From contig CAYWJO010000021.1 of NCBI GenBank assembly GCA_964458565.1, positions 1 through 40,569 on the forward strand: a DNA stretch of 40,569 nucleotides. The letters run 5' to 3'. The notes beneath the pieces were generated by a model that worked only from the letters and a program-made list of their open reading frames with translations, ran no database searches and was not told where the DNA came from. This document shows, in pieces, positions 26,562 through 36,394 of the stretch. The position numbers and the translations under genes were made by a program. The number at the start of each line of letters is the position of its first letter. The first letter of the stretch is position 1. This DNA is from an uncultured archaeon (GTDB taxonomy: Archaea; Asgardarchaeota; Thorarchaeia; Thorarchaeales; Thorarchaeaceae).

Positions 26562-29222
26562 ATGCAGGTTGTATTCCAAATGTCCGATACCACAACAAAA
26601 ACAGATTCTTCGCAGAAGAAAAGAATGACAATAGGTGTAGAAGGAATGCATTGCGCATCATGTGTTGCAACTATTGAAAAATCGCTTCGTGGACAGGATG
26701 GAGTTATCGGTGTGTCTGTAAGTCTGTTACAGGAAAAAGCAGTCGTGGAATATGATCCAACAAAAGTAGACCGCCTTCTTCTGGAAAAGGCTGTTGAATC
26801 CACAGGGTATCGGTCAAAGAGAAAACGAATGACTCTCACATTCGAGGAGCCTCTCGATAAGAATTCATGGTCTGAAGTCAAACAACTTCTTCTTAAACTC
26901 GAAGGCATCATTTCAGTGAATGATTTCTCATCCACAGGGAAGCTAATCTTGGAGTATGATGAAGACCTTACGACATTCAAGATAGTGCGAAAGACTCTGA
27001 AGAATGTAGGTTTCAGCGTTTCTGAGAGTGGAGCTGGTGATTCTGACCGAGAGAGCCTAGCGCGGGAAAAGGAAATCCGATTCTATTCTCGTCTTCTAGC
27101 TTTATCTGTTATTCTGACAATTCCAGTCACACTGATTATGTTTGATGTGGTCATGCTTTCTGGTGTCGATCCTAAGATATTGATGTTTATCCTAACAACT
27201 CCAGTTCAATTCATAGCGGGATACCCATTCTACAAGGCAAGTTTAGCAGGTCTTAGACATGGTAAAACCAATATGGACACACTTATCATGCTTGGAACAA
27301 GTGTTGCATATTTCTATTCAGTCACAACTACTTTCGTTCTCACTAGTTTCCCATCCTTCTATGATACATCCGCTATGTTAATTTCCTTCATCCTTCTCGG
27401 TAGAACTCTTGAGGCAATGGCGAAGGGTCGTACATCCAGAGCTATTCGGTCATTAATGGATCTCCAAGCTAAGGTCGCTACTGTTTTTCGTGACGGACAA
27501 GAAATTACTGTCCCTATTGAAGACGTTGAGGTTGACGACATACTTCTCGTTAGACCCGGGGAAAAAGTACCAGTTGATGGAATTGTTATTGATGGGAGTT
27601 CATCAGTAGATGAATCAATGATAACTGGTGAGTCGATACCTGCTTCAAAGGGTGTAGGTGACTCTGTGGTAGGTTCTACAATTAACAAGAATGGAGTTTT
27701 ATACATCAGAACTGAAAAAGTTGGCAAAGATACTGTTTTGTCACAGATTGTTCAGATGGTTGAAGATGCCCAGGTGAATAAACCTCCAATTCAGAGAAAA
27801 GCTGATCAAATTGCAGAAGTTTTTGTACCGTTTGTGTTGGCAGTTGCGGCAATTACATTCGTGGCATGGATATCAATTGGATTGGTGGATTGGACCCGAG
27901 CGCTTAGTTTCACCATAGCAGTACTTGTTGCAGCATGTCCATGTGCACTAGGTCTTGCTACGCCCACTGCGATAATGGTGGGAATTGGAAAGGGGGCACA
28001 GCATGGAATTTTAATCAAGACTGGTGAGAGCCTCGAGCAGATTCCTAATGTTGATACAATCATTTTTGACAAAACTGGCACGCTAACCGAAGGACGTCCA
28101 CGAGTTACAGACTTGATTTCTGGTGGAAACTGGTCCTATAATGATGCGCTGGGTTTGATAGCATCAGTTGAGAACAAGAGCGAACATCCCCTTGCTGAAG
28201 CAATAGTTGAACATGCAAAAGAGAAGCATTTACAACTATCTGAATCAACTGAATTTCTTAATGAATCTGGGAGAGGTGTAAGAGCAGAGGTCAATGGTCA
28301 GGTAATTCTTGTAGGCAGTGATAGGTATCTAAGAGAAAACAATGTGGATATTGATGAAATATCTATTCATAGTGAACTCTTGCAACAATCTGGCAAAACT
28401 ACAATCTATGCCGCGGTTGATAGTTCTCCACTAGCAATTATTGCCATTGCCGACCCTGTGAAACCTACATCTATGCAAGCAATTCGTGAGTTATCAAAAA
28501 TGGGACTTGATGTCTGGATGATTACAGGGGATAAGAAAATCACTGCTGATGCTATTGCGAAGAGTATTGGAATAAACAATGTTATGGCTGAAGTCTTACC
28601 GGCTGAAAAAGCCGAGAAGGTGAAAGAACTACAGGATGATGGTCGCATTGTTGCTATGGCTGGAGATGGAATCAATGATGCTCCTGCACTTGCACAGGCA
28701 AACGTTGGTATTGCTCTTGGTAGCGGAACAGATGTTTCAGTAGACGCAGGTGATATTGTTCTGGTCAATGATGATCTCTTGGATGTTGTATCGGGTATTC
28801 AACTAGGAAAACAAACAATGTCAAAAATAAGACAGGGTTTCTTCTGGGCGCTTATTTACAACATGATTCTTCTTCCAATCGCTGCAGGTGTTTTGTTTCC
28901 TTTAACTGGACTGGCTCTTCGTCCTGAAATTGCTGGACTTGCGATGGCTCTATCGAGTGTGAGTGTAGTAACAAATGCTCTTCTTCTAAATCGATTCAAT
29001 CCGACTCAAGCACGTATTAATACAGAGAGCCCTTCTAATACGAATGAAGTGAAAACCACTGTGGCAGTTGATCCCATTTGTAAGATGGATGTTGAGATCG
29101 AAACTGCAGAGCTAGTAAGTGAATACAAAGGAAAGATGTATTATTTCTGTAATCCATATTGCAAGACAACATTTGACGAAAATCCAGAGCAATACAAAGA
29201 TCAAGACTATAGAGGCAATTAA
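26562..29222 (+). CDS. copA: Copper-translocating P1B-type ATPase with N-terminal HMA and C-terminal YHS/TRASH domain
   Basis: [33 protein letters not shown] and MALSS motifs, plus DPICKM...YYFCNPYC. The true start may be the ATG at 26580. Confidence 0.93.
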   Translation: MQVVFQMSDTTTKTDSSQKKRMTIGVEGMHCASCVATIEKSLRGQDGVIGVSVSLLQEKAVVEYDPTKVDRLLLEKAVESTGYRSKRKRMTLTFEEPLDKNSWSEVKQLLLKLEGIISVNDFSSTGKLILEYDEDLTTFKIVRKTLKNVGFSVSESGAGDSDRESLAREKEIRFYSRLLALSVILTIPVTLIMFDVVMLSGVDPKILMFILTTPVQFIAGYPFYKASLAGLRHGKTNMDTLIMLGTSVAYFYSVTTTFVLTSFPSFYDTSAMLISFILLGRTLEAMAKGRTSRAIRSLMDLQAKVATVFRDGQEITVPIEDVEVDDILLVRPGEKVPVDGIVIDGSSSVDESMITGESIPASKGVGDSVVGSTINKNGVLYIRTEKVGKDTVLSQIVQMVEDAQVNKPPIQRKADQIAEVFVPFVLAVAAITFVAWISIGLVDWTRALSFTIAVLVAACPCALGLATPTAIMVGIGKGAQHGILIKTGESLEQIPNVDTIIFDKTGTLTEGRPRVTDLISGGNWSYNDALGLIASVENKSEHPLAEAIVEHAKEKHLQLSESTEFLNESGRGVRAEVNGQVILVGSDRYLRENNVDIDEISIHSELLQQSGKTTIYAAVDSSPLAIIAIADPVKPTSMQAIRELSKMGLDVWMITGDKKITADAIAKSIGINNVMAEVLPAEKAEKVKELQDDGRIVAMAGDGINDAPALAQANVGIALGSGTDVSVDAGDIVLVNDDLLDVVSGIQLGKQTMSKIRQGFFWALIYNMILLPIAAGVLFPLTGLALRPEIAGLAMALSSVSVVTNALLLNRFNPTQARINTESPSNTNEVKTTVAVDPICKMDVEIETAELVSEYKGKMYYFCNPYCKTTFDENPEQYKDQDYRGN

Positions 29223-29256
29223 CTCTTCTAAGATGATTGTAGATTGTCTGATACAC

Positions 29257-29277
29257 GATTCTAGCTCAGCTAGAATC
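29257..29277. repeat. Perfect 10-1-10 inverted repeat downstream of copA
   Basis: GATTCTAGCT-C-AGCTAGAATC. Confidence 0.6.
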
Positions 29278-29444
29278 ATTGCATCTTGTTTGGCTAAATC
29301 CTTCATCTGTTTCCAACAGTCTAATCATATCCCTATTTTTGATATTTAATTTCAATGTGCCCTATTTTTCTGGTATTACCTTATCTGGAGATGGTATTGC
29401 CATTTGTGAAAACGCTAACAACTAATGTAGATCAATAGGAAATG

Positions 29445-29485
29445 AAAATAAAAAAAAGGGACTCCGGTTGCTTTAGCAAGCAACC
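29445..29485 (-). terminator. Hairpin plus U-tract terminator of the SSB gene
   Basis: Minus strand: GGTTGCTT-GCTA-AAGCAACC, then GGAGTCCC and T8. Confidence 0.7.
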
Positions 29486-29515
29486 AGCGCTTAAATCAGG
29501 TATATTGTATTTTTC

Positions 29516-30052
29516 TTAGTAACGTCTTCCGCGATCTCTGTCGCGACCGCCGTAGCCGCCGCTACCACCGCCACGTCTGTCTCTGCCGCCGCCACCGTAG
29601 CCACCGCCACCGCCGCCACCATAACCGCCACCGCCACGACCACCGCCGCGACCGCCGCCACCATAACGTCGACGTTCATCTTCATGCTCAGCTGCAGACA
29701 TATCATTGTCTTCATCAACTTGCTCAATTGCAGCTTCAGCATCAGCGAGTTGACCATATTTACCAATGTTCAAACGCAGATTTCCTCGGAATAGTCCTGT
29801 ATAACCATTTGTCAATGTATAGGATTTTCCTTCTTCGATTGAATCAATTGAATCATCCCACAATGGAACTTGAACAGTTCCACTTGAATCTCCAACTCGT
29901 GCATCTGCTACTCGGTGGGTTGTGTTATCATTTCGTGATTCAACTTCACGCTCTTCTCCAACTTCTAAAACTCTGAAGCTGATAGTAAGATTCTTCATTC
30001 GTGGCTTTAGCTCCGCCACTGTAGCCTCTACTGGCTCTCTATCGTAACTCAT
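29516..30052 (-). CDS. ssb: Single-OB-fold ssDNA-binding protein (crenarchaeal SSB/RPA-like) with Gly/Arg/Tyr-rich tail
   Basis: VAELKP...HRVADARVGDSSGTV...LWD...NGYTGLFRGNLRLNIGKYG. The ATG at 30052 lies about 24 nt after a TTTAATA box, suggesting a leaderless transcript. Confidence 0.88.
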   Translation of the reverse strand: MSYDREPVEATVAELKPRMKNLTISFRVLEVGEEREVESRNDNTTHRVADARVGDSSGTVQVPLWDDSIDSIEEGKSYTLTNGYTGLFRGNLRLNIGKYGQLADAEAAIEQVDEDNDMSAAEHEDERRRYGGGGRGGGRGGGGYGGGGGGGYGGGGRDRRGGGSGGYGGRDRDRGRRY

Positions 30053-30110
30053 AGTACTAACACTCGTAGTATTAAACAGGTCTTTCAAAAGTAGCGTGTT
30101 CTTGTCGTGA

Positions 30111-30181
30111 TCCGCGCATGGGATATTCCCGTACTCTACCCACTGTGGGAAAGCGCTTCTTGGTAGTAACCTGCATGCGGA
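30111..30181. ncRNA. Candidate structured RNA (unassigned)
   Basis: GC-rich island in an AT-rich intergenic region with nested complementarity: TCCGC/GCGGA, GCATG/CATGC, GGGA/TCCC, CTACC/GGTAG and CCCAC/GTGGG. Confidence 0.3.
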
Positions 30182-30244
30182 ATGCCGAAATAGATGCTTA
30201 TTACATTATGCATTGAGCTGAAATAAAATCATGCATCTCCAGTT

Positions 30245-30988
30245 TCATTTCTCTAGCAGTTTCGTCCTGACTTCTCTTTCAATTCTTCTTTCTCGATTAA
30301 AATGCGCCATTTCTCCACGACTATGCTTTACGGTTCCTGTGCTAATCACGTAGATGTAAAATATAATGAGGATACTTCCAAAAACAAAACCTAGAATATC
30401 TCCTGCCATAATAAAACCAATAATACCTGCAGTGAAAGCTGTGAGCATTGTCCATAGTCCAGAGAAGAAGAAGAGCCATTTTCGCTTGGAAGGTAATGTT
30501 AGGAGAAATGTTTCATAATCAATCTTCAATGTTGGTTCATGATACTCATCAAAACACATAGCATCCATCTTGATTCCCAGAATCTTTCCTGCTATTAGTC
30601 GTCCGTAAGGATAGAAGAGGGCTATGATCAAGAACAATCCGATGAATCGAATAATGACTGCACCAATTTCCATTATTCCCCACGAAAATATCGCAAACCA
30701 ATTCACTGGAATTGTCAAGCCAAAGATGAAAATAGGTACTGAGAGAAGTCCGAATAAGGTCTGCATGCCTAAGAATGGAGTAATTCTATACACTCTACCT
30801 CTGTCATGTTCAAAGAGAATATTCCTAATTTGTGTAGCTTTCTGGACTTCGGATATATCTGGATTTGATTCACGTTTTATTTCACGCACAAGCTTCCAAA
30901 ACGATTTCTTCGTTTCTTTTGGTACATGTTCAGGATTTTCATTCACAATTGTAAGAATAGTTTCAAGTTCTCCTAACCTGTTTGACAT
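30245..30988 (-). CDS. Hypothetical membrane protein (about 4 TM)
   Basis: Soluble N-terminus followed by hydrophobic segments; GGTGA RBS upstream. Confidence 0.8.
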   Translation of the reverse strand: MSNRLGELETILTIVNENPEHVPKETKKSFWKLVREIKRESNPDISEVQKATQIRNILFEHDRGRVYRITPFLGMQTLFGLLSVPIFIFGLTIPVNWFAIFSWGIMEIGAVIIRFIGLFLIIALFYPYGRLIAGKILGIKMDAMCFDEYHEPTLKIDYETFLLTLPSKRKWLFFFSGLWTMLTAFTAGIIGFIMAGDILGFVFGSILIIFYIYVISTGTVKHSRGEMAHFNRERRIEREVRTKLLEK

Positions 30989-31194
30989 TCTTAATTCACC
31001 TAATTTTCAGACCAACTGTGTCTCAGAGATTTTAACTCACTGGAGTAAAAACAAATCCTACTAGCAATTCTTTCATATCATAGTTAAATGTTATCGATAC
31101 ATTTGCCATGACCTCACCAGCATCAAAACATCAGATCGTACATTCAATGTCTTACTAATGTTCAACAAAACTCATCGCCCTGATATCGGTATAA

Positions 31195-32430
31195 CTAATA
31201 ATGCTCAATAGAGAAATCTAAGAATGTGTTATCTATTTGCTTTTCCTCCTCATTTATTGCTAGTAGTGGTGGAGGTTGTTCAACATCAAGACCTGGTCTG
31301 TAATCGAACAAAGTACTGAGTTTTTTATGCAATAATGTATATAATTTTGATAATGGTAGTTCCATTGGGCATGCATCTTGACATTGACCACAATTAACAC
31401 AAGAATCAGCAACATGTGAGAGTCTTGTAAGAGGAAATACAATATTTGGTGGAATTGATCCCTTTTCTAGATATTCTCTATTTGCTTCAAGTAAACAATT
31501 CTCACAATAGCAAATAGGACATGCATCTCTACATCCAAAGCACTTTATACATTTATTAAATTCTGACAGCCAGAATTCCAATCTTTCTTTTGTATTTAAT
31601 TCCTGTAGAGGCTTAAGGTCTCTATCTATCCAATCTCTAGCAAGTTCTATTTCTGTTTGATTCTTTTTCTCGCGAGCTTGAATACTCATTTCATTAGGAG
31701 TTTCAACTTCAATGAATTCTTTCTCTATAGCTTTCTCTATCAGAGCTCTCCCCTTCTCTGAACATATTTCAATGAAAGTTCCTCCAATCTCTAATTCCTC
31801 TGTACCCCATTTACCACATGCAAGATCTGCCATGGTTGGAATATTCGTTTCACATCTTCTGCAGTTCTCCCTTCGACCATAACCCTTTTTTTCAAGGACT
31901 GCAAGATTCTTCGATTTTCGAGTACCATCTTCTAGAAAAATAATTAGCTCACCATCATCTATATCCTCCCTTTTGACAGAAAGCGGATCAACCTCAAATT
32001 CTTCTATGAACATCTTCTTAGCTGCTATTGGCGATAGTGTTCCTGTGCAATTTAATCCTATGAGAAGTAAATTCTCTGCATTGATTTGATTTCTCTTCTG
32101 AAGTTCGATAACAGCTTTGATATCACATGGTTTGCCTACTATTGCTAATTTCATATTAGACGCACCGTTAAGGTGCAATTTCACAAATCGAGCAATGTTA
32201 GGCGTTGCAGTATGAAGTGATCCTGTGGTTTTAATCAACTCCTCTGCTTTCGTAATCAGAACCGGGATACCTGAATATCTATCTCCGTCTTTCGCTTGGG
32301 TTGCCACTACACCATCAACCATTCCTGATTCTAGAGCATATTTCAGAATTGACGTGACTGAACCACCACATTCTCCCCTTTCAAAAATGGCTTTATCTTT
32401 CGAGCGAACTATGTACATATCTCCACTCAT
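31195..32430 (-). CDS. fdhB: F420-reducing formate dehydrogenase beta subunit (FrhB/FdhB family)
   Basis: GECGGSVT, GKPCD, GLNCTG, RRENCRRC, ADLACGKWG and two ferredoxin motifs (CIKCFGCRDACP, CVNCGQCQDACP). Confidence 0.92.
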   Translation of the reverse strand: MSGDMYIVRSKDKAIFERGECGGSVTSILKYALESGMVDGVVATQAKDGDRYSGIPVLITKAEELIKTTGSLHTATPNIARFVKLHLNGASNMKLAIVGKPCDIKAVIELQKRNQINAENLLLIGLNCTGTLSPIAAKKMFIEEFEVDPLSVKREDIDDGELIIFLEDGTRKSKNLAVLEKKGYGRRENCRRCETNIPTMADLACGKWGTEELEIGGTFIEICSEKGRALIEKAIEKEFIEVETPNEMSIQAREKKNQTEIELARDWIDRDLKPLQELNTKERLEFWLSEFNKCIKCFGCRDACPICYCENCLLEANREYLEKGSIPPNIVFPLTRLSHVADSCVNCGQCQDACPMELPLSKLYTLLHKKLSTLFDYRPGLDVEQPPPLLAINEEEKQIDNTFLDFSIEHY

Positions 32431-34454
32431 CTTACCACCTCCATTTTAGCCGCACATACCTTGTATTCTGGCATGCCGCATGTAGGGTCAAGAACCGGAT
32501 TTGTTAGAACGTTAGCACAGGATTCACCAAAATGAAATGGGACGAACAACATACCCTCCGGAACTTCGTCAGTAACCCGTGCTCTTGCTTCAATCTCTCC
32601 TCGTCGGGTTTTCAGCATTACAATGCTGCCATCTCTGAGCTTCTCAGCTTTTGCATCTTTGGGATTAATTTGGCAGAAGCAGTGCGGAACTTCACCATTA
32701 AGCTTTGGTGTTCTTCTTGTCATGGTGCCTGTGTGATAATGGAAAATACTCCTTCCCGTAGTTAGAGTGTATGGATACGATTCATCGATTTCTTCGTCCG
32801 CTGGTTTATAGTTCACCATCTGAAGATGTCCAAGACCATCCGGTGTATTGAATTTCTCTGTAAAGAAAGTTGATACTCCCTCATGATCTTCTGTTGGACA
32901 TGGCCACTGAATACCTCCAACAGTTTTCTCTAGTCTTTCATATGTAATTCCCTTGTATGCAGGAACGCAATTTCTAATCTCCTCGAAGATATCTTGTGAA
33001 GACGTAAATGCAAATTTTTCTCCATATCCCATCCTTTGTGCAATTTGGCAGACAATCCACCAATCTGGTTTTGCCTTACCTGGCGGATCAATCAACTTGT
33101 TAATTTTTTGAACTCGGCGGTCAATGTAGGCATGGACTCCTTCACGTTCAACCCAGGTGGCGGCAGGTAGTACCACATCTGCGAGGCGCGCGGTTTCAGT
33201 AAGATAGATATCTTGAACAATTAACAGATCCTTTTCTTGAAGCATCTTCTGAACATTGTTTGAGTCAGGAGCTGCCATAACCGGATTCGTTCCGACAATC
33301 CACAGGTTTTTGGTTTGCTCCAGCATTTTAGTATATGGTAGACCAGGAGTAGATGGTAAGTTTTCTACATCCCAAAGTTTCTCAAAAATCTCATGAGCTC
33401 CTGTTCCGACTTTTTTGAAACCCGGATAGAACACGTTGAGACAACCCATATCACCAGTGCCTTCTCCATTTATTTGCCCTCGACATGGACTTGGTCCAGT
33501 ACCTGGTTTACCGTACTGACCCGTAATCAATGCAAGGGTGGCTAGAGCTTTTACATTATCCGTACCTTTGGAGTGTTGGTTGAGTCCTTGATTAAACAAA
33601 ATACAACAAGTATCTGCGTTCGCAATCAATCGAGCTGCTTTTTTGATATCACCTAGATTTACCCCTGAAGTTTTTATCATCTCTTTATAGTCTAACGAGC
33701 TAAGATGTTCTCGAAGGGCTTCTATGCCTTCTGTTCTAGTATCAACGAATTCCTTATTTTCCAAGTCTTCTTCAAGAATGAATTTCATCATAGCATTGAG
33801 GACTTCAATATCTGTTCCCGATTTTAATTGGAGGTGAATGTTTCCGATGTCTCTGGCTGTCAACGTGTTTCTGGGGTCAAGAACAATCACCTTTGCTCCA
33901 TTCTTCTTAGCTCTCAATATTCTTTTTGTCATCATAGGAAATGTTTCTTTGGGATTGATTCCAACTAGAAAAATACAATCCGCTTTTTCTATATCAAGCT
34001 GTGAAATAGGCATGACACCAGATCCGACAGTTGGACCCAGCCCTGCAGCAGTGGGTGAATGGCATAGTCTACCACAGTACTCGACATTATTTGTCCCCAT
34101 AATTACTCGAACGAATTTTTGTAACACATACGCATCCTCATTCGTGTTCTTTCCAGAGGTAAGCATTCCGAATTCTTTGCGATCGCTCTCCAGTAATTTT
34201 GTGGCAATAAGGTTCAGAGCATCATCCCAAGTGCATTTTACAAGTTTTCCTTTTTTTCTGACGAGTGGCGTTGTCAACCTATCCTCGGAGTATAAGAACT
34301 GGTATGCATTCATTCCCTTCGGACAATGAGTCCCTTGATTGATAGGGTGTTCTTTCCATGGTTCTTGACCAATAATCTTACCGTCCTCTATTACCAGGTA
34401 CAATCCACAGCCACAACTGCAATAGGGACAAATTGTTTTTTCGAAACTGATCAT
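32427..34454 (-). CDS. fdhA: Formate dehydrogenase alpha subunit (Mo/W-bis-PGD), Cys form
   Basis: CPYCSCGC...CPKG 4Fe-4S motif, CGRLCHSP active site, RGQIN, TTGR...YHTGTMTRR and PEYKVCA. Confidence 0.93.
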   Translation of the reverse strand: MISFEKTICPYCSCGCGLYLVIEDGKIIGQEPWKEHPINQGTHCPKGMNAYQFLYSEDRLTTPLVRKKGKLVKCTWDDALNLIATKLLESDRKEFGMLTSGKNTNEDAYVLQKFVRVIMGTNNVEYCGRLCHSPTAAGLGPTVGSGVMPISQLDIEKADCIFLVGINPKETFPMMTKRILRAKKNGAKVIVLDPRNTLTARDIGNIHLQLKSGTDIEVLNAMMKFILEEDLENKEFVDTRTEGIEALREHLSSLDYKEMIKTSGVNLGDIKKAARLIANADTCCILFNQGLNQHSKGTDNVKALATLALITGQYGKPGTGPSPCRGQINGEGTGDMGCLNVFYPGFKKVGTGAHEIFEKLWDVENLPSTPGLPYTKMLEQTKNLWIVGTNPVMAAPDSNNVQKMLQEKDLLIVQDIYLTETARLADVVLPAATWVEREGVHAYIDRRVQKINKLIDPPGKAKPDWWIVCQIAQRMGYGEKFAFTSSQDIFEEIRNCVPAYKGITYERLEKTVGGIQWPCPTEDHEGVSTFFTEKFNTPDGLGHLQMVNYKPADEEIDESYPYTLTTGRSIFHYHTGTMTRRTPKLNGEVPHCFCQINPKDAKAEKLRDGSIVMLKTRRGEIEARARVTDEVPEGMLFVPFHFGESCANVLTNPVLDPTCGMPEYKVCAAKMEVVR

Positions 34455-34879
34455 CTGGAACTCCCCCTTAGCGGATTCGGACCAAGCTCGCGAACCTGAT
34501 TGACAAAATCATCAACAACAGCACCAAATTTGTTAGCCTCAGATGCTGATACCCATTCTAGTCTGATTCTACCAGGTTCTATCCCGACTGTTTGAAGGAC
34601 TTCCTTCAATACCATCACTCTCCTTCTCGTGTAGAGATTTCCAATTTTGTAGTGGCAATCGCCTGGATGGCATCCTGCAATAAGGACTCCATCTGCTCCC
34701 TTCATAATCGCTTGAATCACGAACATAGGATCTACTCGACCTGAGCAGTTGACTCTAATGTTGTGAACATTCGGTGAATATTGCACACGACTCGTTCCTG
34801 CTAAATCTGCCCCTGCGTATGAACACCAGTTGCAGAGAAAAGCTACAATTCTTGGTTCAAATGCAACTTGCTGCATCAT
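34451..34879 (-). CDS. mvhD: Methyl-viologen-reducing hydrogenase delta subunit (MvhD/FlpD, 2Fe-2S)
   Basis: CNWCSYAGADLAG, CSGRVD, GCHPGDCHY and WVSASE. A GGAGG RBS at 34887-34891 supports a start at 34879. Confidence 0.93.
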   Translation of the reverse strand: MMQQVAFEPRIVAFLCNWCSYAGADLAGTSRVQYSPNVHNIRVNCSGRVDPMFVIQAIMKGADGVLIAGCHPGDCHYKIGNLYTRRRVMVLKEVLQTVGIEPGRIRLEWVSASEANKFGAVVDDFVNQVRELGPNPLRGSSR

Positions 34880-35053
34880 CAAGACTCCTCCAATTACTGC
34901 AAACACCATGTCTGCAAAACCATGCGAATAGAAACTCTGCGTATTGTTATTTTTGGGACATAGCCCTGTATTAAGATTTTTGGAATATAGCTCGAAATCA
35001 ATACAGTATTAATATAGAGGAATGAATAAGTTTCATACTCCTCGTTATCTTCC

Positions 35054-36262
35054 TTACTGATTACTCATTCCACTTTCTTTACATACCTTTTTCCATTGAT
35101 TATCGGTTGCAGTGAAATTGATTGCTTCAGCTTCTAGATAATCACAAAATTTTCTTAATTCTTCTGCGATCTTCTCGCGCAATTCTTGAGTAGGTTTAAT
35201 CTTCCTCTCCCAATAGCCTTTCTTTAATTGCAGGATTTTCCTTTCTCTATCATATTTCAAATCAATTCTTCCTAGGAATTCATTTTGATAAAATACAGGA
35301 ATGAGATAATATCCCCAAATACGGTCTTTCGGAGGTTTGTAGACCTCCCAGACATAATCGAAATTAAATGCTTCCAGTGTCATTTTTCTTTCCCAAATCA
35401 GCGGATCTAAGGGACCGATGAATCGTGTTCTATCATCGTAAGCATCATCAATGGACTCGGTTTCTTCTAATATATCACTTGTAGTGAGGTAGATTTGCTT
35501 GCCTCCACTAATCTTTACTTCTCTGAGTTGTCCTGATCTTATCAGTTCTTTCACATAAGGACGCGAGCATTTTGGTTGCCAAGGTTTTGATGCAAGACCG
35601 ATTTGATTCACTCTTCTAGTTAATAATGATTTGCAGAATTCCTCTATAGTATCCGGTCCATTTGCATCAAGATATTTCTGTGCTATCCGTTTTTCAGGAA
35701 GTGAGTAATATCTTCTATAAGATTCTCTATGGTGAATGAAGGCTTTCCCTCTATTCCAAAGACAATCTAGAACCCCCGCACCGACTTTCCCAGCTTTCCA
35801 ACCATTGTATTCAGTATTAGAGACTGAATCTGTTTCAATTTCTTTAGACGAAATTGATTCGTTTTCCATTAAGAGATGGAGGATTTCATCAAATGCCTTT
35901 GGATATTTCTCTCTTAGCTTTTTCTCTCGTCGTTGATAGTAATGGTCTCCACCCAACTTCATCCAAGCATGAGTTAGAGGAAAAAATTTCATGGATATCA
36001 TTGCGAGATTCTTATCGAAGTGCTCGAAACCCCATCTTTTCTCATGTACTAAATCTAGAAAATCATCCACTCTATAACCTTTCATCCTTGCTTGGTAAAT
36101 CAAATCATGGTTTCTACCTACAATTGGTAGTGTGTCGAGCTGAATTGAGCCCATCGAATCGAGGAGTAGTTTGATACCCTCCTTTCCTGACAAATTGGAG
36201 TATATCCTAGCTGAACGAGTCAGAATATTCTTTGCAAGTTCTGTACTTATCTCCTGCATCAA
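35054..36262 (-). CDS. ycaQ: YcaQ/AlkZ family (HTH_42) crosslink-repair DNA glycosylase
   Basis: IQLDT..VGRNHDL...R (QxD motif), PLDPLIWER...F.FDY.WEVY.P...R.WGYY..P and GRIDLK. Confidence 0.88.
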   Translation of the reverse strand: MMQEISTELAKNILTRSARIYSNLSGKEGIKLLLDSMGSIQLDTLPIVGRNHDLIYQARMKGYRVDDFLDLVHEKRWGFEHFDKNLAMISMKFFPLTHAWMKLGGDHYYQRREKKLREKYPKAFDEILHLLMENESISSKEIETDSVSNTEYNGWKAGKVGAGVLDCLWNRGKAFIHHRESYRRYYSLPEKRIAQKYLDANGPDTIEEFCKSLLTRRVNQIGLASKPWQPKCSRPYVKELIRSGQLREVKISGGKQIYLTTSDILEETESIDDAYDDRTRFIGPLDPLIWERKMTLEAFNFDYVWEVYKPPKDRIWGYYLIPVFYQNEFLGRIDLKYDRERKILQLKKGYWERKIKPTQELREKIAEELRKFCDYLEAEAINFTATDNQWKKVCKESGMSNQ

Positions 36263-36394
36263 TCTACCCCTTTTAATCTGATGATATTCTCAATCCTATA
36301 TTAGTGCTACTCGGTGAACGCGAGTTTACAGGAGATGACTTTTCCTAGAGTTTTAATATCGCCTTGTTCCTTAGATATGTGCAGAGAGATAGAA

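Noticed and set aside
21841-28768. Several 90-156 aa antisense ORFs inside uvrA and copA
   Set aside because: They lie wholly opposite well-supported genes and are typical shadow ORFs.
29491-29766. Ala/Val-rich 91-aa ORF
   Set aside because: Alternative-frame reading of the Gly-rich SSB tail.
30111-30181. tRNA or tRNA-Sec gene
   Set aside because: No TTCRA T-loop and no convincing cloverleaf on either strand.
32427-34879. Selenocysteine in FdhA or MvhD, which are selenoproteins in some archaea
   Set aside because: Both frames are uninterrupted and the relevant positions are Cys codons (CGRLCH; GCHPGDCHY).
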